Notes: generated by a model not told the origin, from the sequence alone. Positions 29,701 to 42,536 are shown, numbered from the stretch's first letter. The stretch is DNA of 64,000 bases from Candidatus Latescibacterota bacterium (GCA_965219995.1 CBDCOX010000002.1:2304001-2368000), one strand, 5' to 3'. A program made the numbers and translations.

Positions 29701-29885
29701 TCGGCGTCCAGATCCGGTACGACGCCACGTCCTTCTACACCTTTCCGACACGCGCCAGCCTGGATGTCGCCTACGGCATGGACACGTTACCGCGCGTGGT
29801 ACCCGGCGAAGAATTGGAAAAAAGCGGTTTCAAATTCTACTTCACCCTGCTTTTCGGATACCTGCAAAGCGTTGGAGGAAGATAG
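26766..29885 (+). CDS. Peptidase MA-like + TolB/PD40 propeller + BamA/TamA-like barrel outer-membrane protein
   Basis: ETAHFKIYY, IAHEFTH, PPWFAEG; P.WSPDG repeats; C-terminal barrel with GG...MKGY. Confidence 0.8.
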   Translation: MGTQDIRCLRQAPDRRRTQGLSGRAIGICLVLLLWAPLPAVAQSDANHPELRWEVLETAHFKIYYHQGLADFARRAATAAEAVYGPVTTFYDFTPDEKIRLILKDTDDYANGVAFYYHNTMEIWASNLEFELRGDTDWLQNVIAHEFTHIISLQTARKGPRRLPAIYFHYLGYQNEERRDDILTGYPDVFASYAVPLTIVPPWFAEGTAQYMAPGVHFDRWDSHRDMILRMSTLNNRLLTYEEMGVFGSKTGLGLEKVYDHGYDLTLFIVNTFGEGKLPEIYRNMTRLWRTDFESAVRGATGISGRELHRRWVAALKERYEVQKAELEGRLVDGEILHGKGYFNLHPRWSRDGKQLAHLTNQGSDFGRTALVVHTLSDSTSKTLAGGADTAPDWSPNGPRLIFARRSAPDRYGSRFRDLYTVDPTAPRAGGLFQKTRATLGLSQELPPNQSRLTHGLRASHPAYSPNGKQIALVINGRGSTNLAVMDVDGGNLRRLTSFDDGSQVYTPRWSPDGSQIACSVFRPNQTRDIAIVPADGGPFNPVIVSPGTDRDPAWTPDGAGLVFASDQDGIFNLYHFALIDGAVHRVTRVLGGALQPHVNPGDRRIAFSHYGASGYEIRVMSGKGAWEPVPPGTFAPGGQSSPGAPQAHQVAGVEARTYANEFSTTSIFPRIAVDAGKFKLGIFAGSKDILNKQSLLVGAMAARDRDLDLFAVYEYRRWRPTVFLEAYRAVRHEEDDVLNRDENFRIFSQTFTLSGAEFGAWHRLGTGSRLDARFIYNLSSTDQDVARFNGMGEVSVGATTHHGFNFSFTYSLNNILRTRDREINPRAGREMRFRYDRQFNYFISGFKEDTSLLIETFDRYFYNRLTLSWSEYLPVGPGRGTLGLRFYGGMIDSEVDDYFDYFLGGLPYMKGYTFYSLEGRRAAMVRAAYRFPIRTGMDRQTGPIYSDQLFGSVYAGIGRAWDGDEMDNVLNRGWKRDVGVQIRYDATSFYTFPTRASLDVAYGMDTLPRVVPGEELEKSGFKFYFTLLFGYLQSVGGR

Positions 29886-29892
29886 AGGAAAA

Positions 29893-30223
29893 GCGGGGAG
29901 ACGGTAGACGGGAGACGGTAGATGAAAGACCTTGTCGAATTATGCGGCACCTGGTCAAAAAGCGATAGAGCCAATACAAGATAATAAATCTCGCCGACCA
30001 AAACCCTGGATTGACAGAACACGTTGTGTTGTAACCAGTGCCGATATTTTTCGCCCTTTTCGTTACGACCAGGAAAACCAGCGGGCACTCACATCATCTC
30101 ACGTCTACCCTCTCCCGTCTCACCGGTTTTGTTGCCCCGTGCGGTTTCATTTCGTGCCGGAGGCAAGGGGAGGAACTAAACGGGCAAGGATGTCTTCTAC
30201 CGTCTCACGACTCACGTCTTGCC
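29893..30223. repeat. Heptamer-block composite element, locus 2
   Basis: Blocks at 29898-29925 (forward) and 30094-30121, 30193-30220 (inverted); carries a core-A-like end and one core B. Confidence 0.8.
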
Positions 30224-30262
30224 ACAGTTAGCTGATGGCTTTCTCTTTATCAGGAGTTTCTT

Positions 30263-30997
30263 GTGTACCGTGTCATCCCGATGCTGATCCTGTTGGCTGT
30301 TCTCCCGGCACATGCCGCGGAGCGTCTCGACAGCGGCCCCTCCCGCTCGAATCCGTGGCTTCTGAATGAAGGAGAACCCGTGCAGGCCGGCCGAAAATCG
30401 CCCAAACTGGCGTTCGCGATGTCTCTTGTGGTTCCCGGACTTGGCGAACTCTACGCGGGCGAGCCCAAAAGGGCGGCTGTTTTTTTCGGGATCGAGGCGC
30501 TTACCTGGTTCAACTATCTCCGCTGGCGAAGCCGGGGCAACGACCTCAAGGCGGAATTTCGCGCCTTTGCAGACAGCAACTGGGACGAGAACCGATATCG
30601 CGAGTGGCAGAAATACAACCAATCCAGGGGTTCGCCCTATATCGAAACCGAAACCCTGCCCTGCAAACGGGCGCAGGACGGTTGTCACAACGTGGACACC
30701 CAGCAATACTATGAGATGATCGGAAAGTACAACCAGTTTGTCTTCGGCTGGAGAGACGTGCGCGACGTGAGCTTCGAAACCGGAAACGGCGACGTTGTTT
30801 CCGGCCAGCGCATCGACTACGAGAACCGGCGAAACGACAGCAACAAGCTCCTCAAACGCGCCTCCGTCATCATCGGCCTGACGGTTGTCAACCGCATTGC
30901 AAGTTCCATCCATGCGGCATTGCGGACACGGTCCCTGCGATTCTCCGTATTGCCTGGACCGAAACGGTCCGAAGCGGCGATCCACCTCGCGTTCTGA
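30263..30997 (+). CDS. Exported hypothetical protein (KSP..A..SL..PGLGE.Y family)
   Basis: Signal peptide; KSPKLAFAMSLVVPGLGELYAG; QQYYEMIGKYNQFVFGW. Confidence 0.75.
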   Translation: MYRVIPMLILLAVLPAHAAERLDSGPSRSNPWLLNEGEPVQAGRKSPKLAFAMSLVVPGLGELYAGEPKRAAVFFGIEALTWFNYLRWRSRGNDLKAEFRAFADSNWDENRYREWQKYNQSRGSPYIETETLPCKRAQDGCHNVDTQQYYEMIGKYNQFVFGWRDVRDVSFETGNGDVVSGQRIDYENRRNDSNKLLKRASVIIGLTVVNRIASSIHAALRTRSLRFSVLPGPKRSEAAIHLAF

Positions 30998-31011
30998 TCG
31001 TCTATCGACGA

Positions 31012-31680
31012 ATGATCCCGAAAAACAAACACATGGTACACCGATTCCCGAAATCCCCGGTCTTTCACGCGGTCCTGACCCTTCTTCTGATCGGCGCGCC
31101 TTCCGAGGGACATGCCAGGGGTAAGTCGCCGGCCCGAGCCGCCGTGCTGTCGCTCGTTCTGCCGGGTCTGGGCGAGATGTACGCCGGCGGCCCCCGTTCC
31201 GCGCGTTTCTTTCTGGTCACGGAAGGAATCTTCTGGACCGGCATGGCCACGTTCCGGTTCCTCGAAACGTACCGCATCGACGCGTATCGCGCCCATGCCG
31301 CCGCTCATGCCGGGATCCGTCTGCAGAATCTACCCGAGTCCGTCATCAAGGAGGTGGGTAATTTCGAGAGTATCTACGAGCGAAACCAGCGCGAACGCTT
31401 TCTCGCAGGCGAACATGCGAATCTGCGCGCCGAATCCGCCGGCCAGGTCTGGGAATGGGATTCCGAAGCCTCCCGCGTCAAATTTCAGGATCTGCGCAGC
31501 AAGGCCACTTCCGCTGAACAGAAGGCTTTCCTGTTTGTCGGCGGCCTTATTTTCAACCGCTTCGCGAGTGCATTGAACGCGGCTTATATCGCACGCAAGA
31601 CCCAACCACGCGGGGCCGGCATTCAGCTTCACACGGATCTCCGGGGCGGCCTGTACGCAAGTTTCGACCACGGTTTCTGA
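31012..31680 (+). CDS. Paralog of the preceding gene
   Basis: KSPARAAVLSLVLPGLGEMYAG; NRFASAL. Confidence 0.75.
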   Translation: MIPKNKHMVHRFPKSPVFHAVLTLLLIGAPSEGHARGKSPARAAVLSLVLPGLGEMYAGGPRSARFFLVTEGIFWTGMATFRFLETYRIDAYRAHAAAHAGIRLQNLPESVIKEVGNFESIYERNQRERFLAGEHANLRAESAGQVWEWDSEASRVKFQDLRSKATSAEQKAFLFVGGLIFNRFASALNAAYIARKTQPRGAGIQLHTDLRGGLYASFDHGF

Positions 31681-31738
31681 GCCCCGGATGCAGATACGCA
31701 CCGACGTATCACACCAACCGTGAAAGGGCGGAAACGCC

Positions 31739-33331
31739 GTGACTTCGACAATTTCCAATCCTGTGTCCCGGTCCGGGCGTTCTGCCTCCGCGGGGATCGC
31801 ACTCTGCCTGCTGATGTCGACCGTCGCGTTCGCCGGGGCCGAACCCCGTAGCGGCACGCATCTCCTGCCCGTCCATCCCCATCCCGGCCCCGCGGCAAAA
31901 AGAACGGCCGCCGAGACGTTTGACGTCGGCGACCCTCTGACCGTTCGTGCTTACAATTTCGGCGCGATTCCGGGTTCCGATCCCTATTATCTCACCACAA
32001 CCACGTGCCGTGTGCGGGGCGAGCACTGCTACGTCTTCGTGGAAGACGTTATCTGGAGCGGACCGCGGGCCACGCCAAATGCCGTCGCATCCCTGGCCCG
32101 CGCCTTCGACCGGTCCACCCCAAGGCATCGCGAACGCGGCATCTATTCCATCAATACGGAAATCTTCGGGCCACCGCCCGACGCCGACGGCGACCCTCGT
32201 GTCCTGATCGTTGTCCTGGACATTATGGACAATGCCCTGAGCGGCACCATCCTGGGGTACTACGATACCGCGAACCAGGCCGCGCCGTTCGGCCGGGAAA
32301 TCCTCTATATCGACAGCGATCCCCTGGACCTCGACGGTAACCTGGCGCGCGCCACCCTTGCCCACGAATTCCAGCACATGCTTCACTGGAACGCCGACCC
32401 GGACGAACACCGATGGGTCGACGAGGGCTGTTCGGAATACGCCGAGCTGGCCTGCGGATACAAGGACACGACAGGCACGGCCGGTCATTTGTTCCTGGGC
32501 GCGCCGAACCTGCTCAAATCACCGGAATCCGCCCATCGTGTACCATTCGATGCCGGTTTGACGGATGCCGCCAGCTGGTCCGCCGGCAGCCTCCTTCCTT
32601 TCCTCTTCGACCAGACCTTTTTGCTGACCACCTACTTCGCAGAGAGATACGGCGATTCGGCCGTCGCGAAGCTGGTCGCCGAGCCGGAAAACGGCATTGC
32701 CGGGTTCGACCTTACCCTGGCGACCCTCGGAGAGGTCGAACGCTTCGATCAATTCTGGTCTCACTGGACCGCAGCCGTGTTCGTGAACGACGAGAGCGGT
32801 CCGGGTTACCGCGGCCTCGCGCTCGAGGCGGTCAGGAGCGATACGGTCGCAGTTCCCGCCGACGAACTCGGCGGCGCCCTGCAGCTCTGGGGCATCGACT
32901 ATTTCGTGCCTCGAACGTCAGGACTCTCCGGCCTGTCGCTGGACGTCGGCAGCGGCAGCGACCTGCTCCTGACACTGGTATCGGAAACGGACGACAGGCA
33001 CGACGTCGCCGCCGTCGCCGTGCCGGGCGGCAGTCAGCGACGCATCGGTTTGTACGGCAGTTCTCCAACCGTATTGGCCGTCACACGCACGTCCTCCGGC
33101 CCCCATACCTACACCCTCTCCCTCGCCTCGCGCGAAGGCCGCGCCCCCTCGGCGGCCGACTTCGACGCCAGCGGAACGGTCGGCTTTTCCGATTTCATCG
33201 CATTTGCCGCGGGCTTCGGTAAATCCGCGGGCAGACCGGGCTTCGACCCCTCGTTCGATCTGGACGGAGACCGCGCCGTCTCGTTCGGAGATTTCATCAT
33301 GTTCGCGCGGAACTTCGGCAAGTCACCATAA
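31739..33331 (+). CDS. Exported zinc metallopeptidase with C-terminal dockerin-like module
   Basis: AHEFQHMLHW...WVDEGCSE; C-terminal DFDASGTVGFSDF...DLDGDRAVSFGDF. Confidence 0.8.
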   Translation: MTSTISNPVSRSGRSASAGIALCLLMSTVAFAGAEPRSGTHLLPVHPHPGPAAKRTAAETFDVGDPLTVRAYNFGAIPGSDPYYLTTTTCRVRGEHCYVFVEDVIWSGPRATPNAVASLARAFDRSTPRHRERGIYSINTEIFGPPPDADGDPRVLIVVLDIMDNALSGTILGYYDTANQAAPFGREILYIDSDPLDLDGNLARATLAHEFQHMLHWNADPDEHRWVDEGCSEYAELACGYKDTTGTAGHLFLGAPNLLKSPESAHRVPFDAGLTDAASWSAGSLLPFLFDQTFLLTTYFAERYGDSAVAKLVAEPENGIAGFDLTLATLGEVERFDQFWSHWTAAVFVNDESGPGYRGLALEAVRSDTVAVPADELGGALQLWGIDYFVPRTSGLSGLSLDVGSGSDLLLTLVSETDDRHDVAAVAVPGGSQRRIGLYGSSPTVLAVTRTSSGPHTYTLSLASREGRAPSAADFDASGTVGFSDFIAFAAGFGKSAGRPGFDPSFDLDGDRAVSFGDFIMFARNFGKSP

Positions 33332-33388
33332 ATCATCCGGAGGGTCGTTTTCGGCCCGCCGAATGCCCCGTCCGGCGGAACCGTCTCG

Positions 33389-36512
<3,124 letters not shown>

Positions 36513-36540
36513 CGCGACATGGTCTCCGGGAAGTGGCTGA

Positions 36541-36569
36541 ATTATAGAAATCCACCGTCATCGTGTCAA
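36541..36569 (-). promoter_or_regulatory. Consensus sigma70 promoter for the TPR-eno-ykgJ operon
   Basis: Minus strand reads TTGACA-N17-TATAAT exactly. Confidence 0.85.
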
Positions 36570-36690
36570 GCGCCATTTCGGTGCAAGCCGGCGTTTTTTG
36601 CTTGACGGGTTCCGTACTCCTCCTAATTTAGGTGACTGCGGCCCCCGGAACCGCCTGTTGTGGCCCCGCAACCCGAAATCAGGATTCCCC

Positions 36691-37938
36691 GTGCGTTTCA
36701 GACCCGCTCTCATACTTCCCGGCATTCTCATGGCCGCCACCGGCGTCGGCGCGGGAGATCTGCTGACGGCCAGCCTGGCCGGCTCGAAGATCGGCGTTGG
36801 CCTCGCGTGGGCGGCCGTGATTGGCGCGCTGCTCAAATGGACCCTGAACGAGGGCATCGCCCGCTGGCAGATGGCCACCGGAACCACCATGCTGGAAGGC
36901 TGGGTCCACCGGCTCGGCGCCTGGGTCCAGTGGGTCTTCATCGTTTACCTTCTGATCTGGAGCTTCTCCGTGGGCGGTGCGCTGGTCACTGCCTGCGGCG
37001 TGGCGGGCACCGGCCTGCTCCCAATCGGCGATCCGGCCACGTCCAAGATCGTCTGGGGCATTGTCCATGCCCTCGTCGGCCTGGCCCTGGTCTGGATCGG
37101 CGGGTTCCGCGTTTTCGAAGTTCTCATGTCGGCGTGCATCGGGTTGATGTTCGCGACCGTTCTGCTCACGGCGCTGCTGCTGGGGCCGGACTGGAACGCC
37201 CTTGCAAAGGGCCTGTTCTTTCCGGCCATCCCGTCGGGCGGCCTGGGCTGGACCCTCGGCGTGCTGGGAGGCGTTGGCGGCACGGTTACGCTGCTGTCCT
37301 ACGGGTACTGGATCCGGGAAACGGGCAGGCATGGTCGGGAGGGTGTCGAGGCGTGCCGCGTCGACCTGGCGGTGGGGTACACCGTCACCGCGCTGTTCGG
37401 CGTTGCGATGATCATCATCGGATCGCGTGTGGCGCTGGACGGGAAGGGGGCATCGCTGGCGCTCATCCTTTCGAGCCAACTCGAACTGGCGCTGGGGGCG
37501 CCGGGCAAGTGGGCTTTTCTCCTCGGCTTCTGGGGCGCGGTCTTCTCAAGCCTGCTCGGCGTCTGGCAGAGCGACCCCTATATGTTCGCCAATTTCCTCG
37601 CCCTGCGAAAAGGGGTCTCACCCGAAGCCTTTCAGAATTCGGACATCAGGCGGTCCACGCCCTACCGCGCCTACCTCGTCGGCCTCGCGATCGTGCCGCT
37701 CGTGTTGCTGTGGGGCTCCGTGGCGGAGGTCCAGCTCACCTATGCCGTCCTCGGTTCGTTCTTCCTGCCGCTTGTGGCGTTGACCCTGTTGCTGATGAAC
37801 AACAGGACCGACTGGGTCGGTCCCGGATTCAGGAGCAACTTCATCATCAACGCCATCCTCGTCGCCACCCTCGCATTCTTCGGCTATACCGGCGCGAAGA
37901 AGATCATCTCCACGCTCGGGCCCATGCTGGGCGGGTGA
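36691..37938 (+). CDS. NRAMP-like (YcsG-type) transporter
   Basis: PGILMAATGVGAGDL, multiple TM segments, GVLGGVGGTVTLLSY; TTGACG-N16-TAATTT upstream. Confidence 0.85.
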   Translation: MRFRPALILPGILMAATGVGAGDLLTASLAGSKIGVGLAWAAVIGALLKWTLNEGIARWQMATGTTMLEGWVHRLGAWVQWVFIVYLLIWSFSVGGALVTACGVAGTGLLPIGDPATSKIVWGIVHALVGLALVWIGGFRVFEVLMSACIGLMFATVLLTALLLGPDWNALAKGLFFPAIPSGGLGWTLGVLGGVGGTVTLLSYGYWIRETGRHGREGVEACRVDLAVGYTVTALFGVAMIIIGSRVALDGKGASLALILSSQLELALGAPGKWAFLLGFWGAVFSSLLGVWQSDPYMFANFLALRKGVSPEAFQNSDIRRSTPYRAYLVGLAIVPLVLLWGSVAEVQLTYAVLGSFFLPLVALTLLLMNNRTDWVGPGFRSNFIINAILVATLAFFGYTGAKKIISTLGPMLGG

Positions 37939-37964
37939 ATCGTCGACGCCTGACGGCGCCTAAA

Positions 37965-38365
37965 AACGGTGAGACGTAAGACGGGAGACGGGAGAAGACA
38001 CCTTTGCCCGATGGGTTCGTCCTTTGTGCCACCGGCAAGAAATGAAACCGCACGGGGCGATAAAACCGGTGAGACGTAAGACGGGAGACGGTAGATGACA
38101 TCCTTGCCCGTTTGGTCATTCCCTTATGCCTCCGGCAAGAAATGAAGCCGCACGCGGCAAGAAAACCGGTGAGACGGGAGACGCAAGACGGTAGAGGAGC
38201 ACATTTGCAGCAGTGTTTCCGCATAAACCGTGCCTGCCATTTTACCGTTATCGTAACCATCAAAAGAACCATAGGGCACTCACGGTATCTCCCGTCTAAC
38301 GTCTTACGTCTACCCGTTCTTCAGGCACTCATATCATCTCACGTCTACCCTCTCCCGTCTCACCG
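37965..38365. repeat. Heptamer-block composite element, locus 3
   Basis: Forward blocks at 37971, 38071 and 38171 (100-bp period) separated by core B copies, then core A, then inverted blocks at 38285 and 38334. Confidence 0.85.
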
Positions 38366-38368
38366 CTT

Positions 38369-40891
38369 TTAACTCTTCCCGAACGCCCCCGCGAAGATCA
38401 GAAAATCGCTGAACCCTACGGTGCCGTTTCCGTCCAGATCGAATCGGACGTCATACCCCTCGTCTTCCTCGCTCAAACCGAATTTTCCCGCGAACTGCAC
38501 AAAGTCGCCAAAGCCGACAGTCCCGTCTCCATCGAAGTCGGCTTGTGCTCTTCCCGTGGCATTGAAGGTCACCGGATCTGTATTTGAAACCGTTGCCACA
38601 ACGGTGTTCGTCCCGGGTTGCCTGCCAAGAGTCAGCGTTGTGGCGGCGCGGCCATCGGCATCGGTCGTAGCCGTCGCCACGGTGGACGTCCCGTCGCTGT
38701 CGGTGACCGTGAATGTGACGGATGCATCGGGAAGCGGATCGCCGAACTGATCCCGTACTTCAACCATCAGGGGCTGGATCAAGGTTTCGCCAGGCGCCCC
38801 CCGCTGGCCGTCGCCGGAGATGATCTCAAGGGAAACAGGTCGGGGCCGCGTCCACTCGGAAATGTCCCACAGTATAACCGCTTTGTCAGACGTCCCTGAG
38901 GCCATCATGACGCCGTCTGGGGAGAGCGTCACTGAATGAACCAGGTCTGCAGCATGACCAGCGAGGGTGGCGAGGGGGGTTCGGTTCGCCACGTCCCACA
39001 CCCAAACCGTGCCCTTCTGCGAAGCGGAAGCGAGAATTTTCCCATCCCGAGAAAACGATACCGAGTAGACCCAACCCCGATGCTCAAGGTTTCCGATGCG
39101 GCTTTTGGATTCCACGTCCCACAACCGAACCGTGGCATCAAAAGACCCGGAAGCCAGGGTTTTCCCATCCGGAGAAAACGATACGGCCGCGACCAGGTCA
39201 TCATGCCCTTCCAGGGCGACAATCTGTTGTCTGGATCCCACGTCCCACAACCGAACCGTATTATCAGAAGACGCGGAAGCGAGAGTTTTTCCATCCGGAG
39301 AAAACGAAAGCGAATAGACGCCTCTCTCATGTCCTTCCAGGGTGCCAATCGGTTGACCGGTCTCCACGTCCCACAGCCGCATGGGCTCATCCCCATATCC
39401 CGCCCCGGACGCGAGGGTGGTCCCATCCGGAGAAGACGATACGGTTTCGACATATTCCGTATGACCTCTCAGAGTAGCAATCTGTTTTTTGGTTTCCACG
39501 TCCCACAGGCGAACATTGCCGTCGCCCGTTCCGGAAGCGAGTATCTTCCCATCCCGGGAGAACGAAACCGCATAGACCGCGCTCCCAACCTCCAGGGTGG
39601 CAATGGATGCGTACGTTACCACGTCCCACAGCCGTACCGTTCCATCGATTGCCCCGGAAGCAAGGAGGGTCCCGTCCGGGGAAAAAGAAACCTCCTCAAC
39701 CCTTTGGGTATGTCCTTCAAGGTAGGCGATGGCTTGCTGCGCAATTTCCGATAGGAAAAATTCTGTTTCGCTGACGTCCCCATAAGTATCCACGGCCAGT
39801 ACCACAATCCGATGCACTGCGGGTTCCGACAGGCTTGAAGCCGGTTCGAAAGGGATATTGCCGTCATACTCAAACTCGACAGCGACTTTTGTTTCGCGCT
39901 CCAACCCTCTGCATGTCTTGAGACTGGAGCTTCCGGAACCAACGTTGTCCCCACCTGCTGTTGCAAAGAGGATCACCTGGTGAACTCCCTCAGGATCATC
40001 GACCCTAAGTTGTATGGAGGCGTTCTCCGAGCCCGCGGGATACCTGGTCGGCGAAGTAAGTTCGACGGTAGGCGGCTGCCCCTCCTGGATTGGAATGGTA
40101 GGATTGAAATAGGGATTAACGGCCAGAAATTCCGCAGCGCACGCAGAAATGACCCCGCGCTCGTCCCAACCATACGACATGATGTATCGATTGTCCCTGA
40201 AGTCGTGCTCCAGGCCGAAGGTATGTCCCAATTCATGGGCCACCGTGAAGTATCTTACGCTGTGGGGGACCAGAATATAGCCGTTGGTTTTTCCACCAGG
40301 AGATGTGAATCCTCCGGCAAACAGACCGCGTGCAAGAGGAATCTTATCGATACTAAGGTCAGAGACGATGAGGTAAATGTTGGCATCAAGGTCAAATTTC
40401 CGTTCGATTTCAGAGACTGGCCATCCACCGGCTGCATAGTGGATGTCGGAGTGTTGGCCGTCGACGCGATGCACAAGCGGCTCCCCTTGAGCTTCGGTCT
40501 CAATTCGGAAGGTCCTGTTGCCGTAACCATGCGCTTCCATCTGCTCGCCATAGAAGGTTTGAACCCGGCGAATCACAGCCTTCATCGAATCCACGACCTC
40601 CTGCCGAAAAGGACGGTCATTGGGCAGGAAGTAGATCATTCGTACCGTGCGCGGTTCTCCCACGTTCAGATTTGCCGGACGTTTGGCCGCGGGGAGGGGA
40701 TGGTCCCGCCGCATCTGCTCGTGGTCGACCCCGCAGAACACCACGCTGTCAGCCGGCGAAGGCGAAGCGTGGGCTGCCTCGGAGACCAAAAAACCGAGGC
40801 TGAAATACACCAAGAAAGCGGTGGCCAAAACGATAATTCCTATGCAGCTGGGTTTCGGTAATTGGTCATCCATCGTATCCGATGCGGGCAT
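38369..40891 (-). CDS. Metzincin + WD40 + Big_1-like Ig + dockerin-like exported protein
   Basis: HELGHTFGLEH...IMSYG; WD40 repeats (GH...FSPDG...RLWD); ISGDGQ Ig domain; DFDGDGTVGFGDF C-terminus. Confidence 0.88.
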   Translation of the reverse strand: MPASDTMDDQLPKPSCIGIIVLATAFLVYFSLGFLVSEAAHASPSPADSVVFCGVDHEQMRRDHPLPAAKRPANLNVGEPRTVRMIYFLPNDRPFRQEVVDSMKAVIRRVQTFYGEQMEAHGYGNRTFRIETEAQGEPLVHRVDGQHSDIHYAAGGWPVSEIERKFDLDANIYLIVSDLSIDKIPLARGLFAGGFTSPGGKTNGYILVPHSVRYFTVAHELGHTFGLEHDFRDNRYIMSYGWDERGVISACAAEFLAVNPYFNPTIPIQEGQPPTVELTSPTRYPAGSENASIQLRVDDPEGVHQVILFATAGGDNVGSGSSSLKTCRGLERETKVAVEFEYDGNIPFEPASSLSEPAVHRIVVLAVDTYGDVSETEFFLSEIAQQAIAYLEGHTQRVEEVSFSPDGTLLASGAIDGTVRLWDVVTYASIATLEVGSAVYAVSFSRDGKILASGTGDGNVRLWDVETKKQIATLRGHTEYVETVSSSPDGTTLASGAGYGDEPMRLWDVETGQPIGTLEGHERGVYSLSFSPDGKTLASASSDNTVRLWDVGSRQQIVALEGHDDLVAAVSFSPDGKTLASGSFDATVRLWDVESKSRIGNLEHRGWVYSVSFSRDGKILASASQKGTVWVWDVANRTPLATLAGHAADLVHSVTLSPDGVMMASGTSDKAVILWDISEWTRPRPVSLEIISGDGQRGAPGETLIQPLMVEVRDQFGDPLPDASVTFTVTDSDGTSTVATATTDADGRAATTLTLGRQPGTNTVVATVSNTDPVTFNATGRAQADFDGDGTVGFGDFVQFAGKFGLSEEDEGYDVRFDLDGNGTVGFSDFLIFAGAFGKS

Positions 40892-41096
40892 GGTCCGTCC
40901 TCCGTCGTCGGAAGATGCCCCCGAAGAGGACAGACCATCTCCGCTTCGTCTGAGCCCGTTTTTTTTGAGAGGTCCCCATCCCGAGCACCAGCTTCTTCCC
41001 TTTACCTCGGCGCCTGACGCTGTGACGCGGCCGAGTCGGCTGGGCGTTTGCGATCCTGCTATCCGGCGATATTCGCCACGATCCGGCGAACTTAGG

Positions 41097-42074
41097 TCAG
41101 TCCAGGACGCGGTCCTGGCCGGCCGAGGCCTCGTCGAGAAGGGCCCGGTCCTCCGGCGTGATGGACCAGCCTACGGCGCCGGCGTTCTCCTCCATGTGAG
41201 CCACCGTGTCGCCGCCGGTGATCGCGGCCGTCACCTCGGGGTGGGAGAGCACCCAGTTGATCGCCGTCTGGGCCACGGTGCGGCCGTGGGCGCCGGCGAT
41301 CTCTCTCAGGATCTCCAGGGTCCGGCCCGCCGCCTCATTGAGATCTTTCTTCAAGGATTCGGCGCGGCCCCTGGCGTAAAGGGTGCCTTCAGGGGGCGGC
41401 TCTCCGGGAGAGTACACGCCGGAAAGCAAGCCCACCCCCAGGGGACTGTAGGTCATGACCCCGAACCTCCGGTCGCGCTGCGCCGGCCACATCTCGAGCT
41501 CGAGCTCGCGGTTGAGGAGGTTGTAGGGATTCTGGATGCATATAAGGGGATCGAGCCCGAGGCGGTCCTGAGTCCACAACGCCTTGAGTACCTGCCAGGC
41601 CTGAAAGTTGGAAACGCCCACGTAGCGCGTCTTGCCCGCGCGCACCACGTCGTCGAGGGCACGCAGGGTCTCCTCGAGGGGCGTCTCCACGTCGTACACG
41701 TGAAGGATGTAGATGTCAATGTGATCGGTCTGGAGGCGGGCAAGGGTGCGGTCGATCTCCCGCATGATGTGATAGCGCGACAGACCGGCGTCGTTCGGCC
41801 CCTCGCCGATGCGGCTGGCGACCTTCGAGGTCACCACAAGGTCGTCGCGGTGCCGCTTGAGAACGCGCGCGAGTAGCTGCTCCGAAGTGCCGCGGGTCAC
41901 GTAGGCGTCCCCGAGGCCGTAGACGTTGGCGCAGTCGATGAAGTTGATCCCAAGCTCGATACCCCGTTCGATGACACGCTCCGCCTCGTCGACGTCGTTC
42001 TGCCCGCGCAGGCCCAATCCGTAGGCCAGGCGCGACACCTTCAGGCCGGAACGGCCGAAACTGACGTATTCCAT
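41097..42074 (-). CDS. Aldo/keto reductase
   Basis: GINFIDCANVYG, SK, LQTDHIDIYILH, GKTRYVGVSNF, YSPLGVGLLSG. Confidence 0.93.
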   Translation of the reverse strand: MEYVSFGRSGLKVSRLAYGLGLRGQNDVDEAERVIERGIELGINFIDCANVYGLGDAYVTRGTSEQLLARVLKRHRDDLVVTSKVASRIGEGPNDAGLSRYHIMREIDRTLARLQTDHIDIYILHVYDVETPLEETLRALDDVVRAGKTRYVGVSNFQAWQVLKALWTQDRLGLDPLICIQNPYNLLNRELELEMWPAQRDRRFGVMTYSPLGVGLLSGVYSPGEPPPEGTLYARGRAESLKKDLNEAAGRTLEILREIAGAHGRTVAQTAINWVLSHPEVTAAITGGDTVAHMEENAGAVGWSITPEDRALLDEASAGQDRVLD

Positions 42075-42327
42075 GCGCTCCTCCCTGTACTGTCCCTGCA
42101 TCGGACACTTCCGAAGCGTTGAAATTCCTTCGAAATCCAATCTGTTTTCGTGATGAAATTTTGTCCCCTGATGCTCCCGGAACGACGTTCAGCAGACATC
42201 TAACTTATCGCAAATCCCGCCACAGGTCTATTCCATTTCGCGCCTTGTCTTACCGACCCCACCTCTACCAGGGGGTTGAATCGTGTCCGCATCCGGCCCA
42301 CTTGAAGTGTGAACAATGGCGCAAGCA

Positions 42328-42520
42328 TCATATATAATGTCCCGTTCGGCGGAACCTTCCAAGAGGAATCCTGTACTCATCCGCCAGTCCGACCTCGACC
42401 TCGCAGCCGTGGTCGTCCGCCGACTGAATCGTAATCGCACTTACAGGAAGGGTCCTGTCGAGATCCAGCCTGAAGCTCGAATCGCCAGCGGACCGCAAAG
42501 TACTTATCACTATCTCCACT
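42328..42520 (-). pseudogene. Relic of a leishmanolysin(M8)-like domain 3' end
   Basis: DNA matches 46761-46869 joined to 46974-47012; encodes SAITIQSADDHGCEVEVGLADEYRIP versus SAITIQSLADHGYEVNVGLADEYRLP. Confidence 0.75.
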
Positions 42521-42536
42521 GACCGGGTCGTTTATT

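Noticed and set aside
37965-38365. Second CRISPR array
   Set aside because: The repeats are heptameric and occur in both orientations, and the spacers are homologous to each other; reported instead as a composite repeat.
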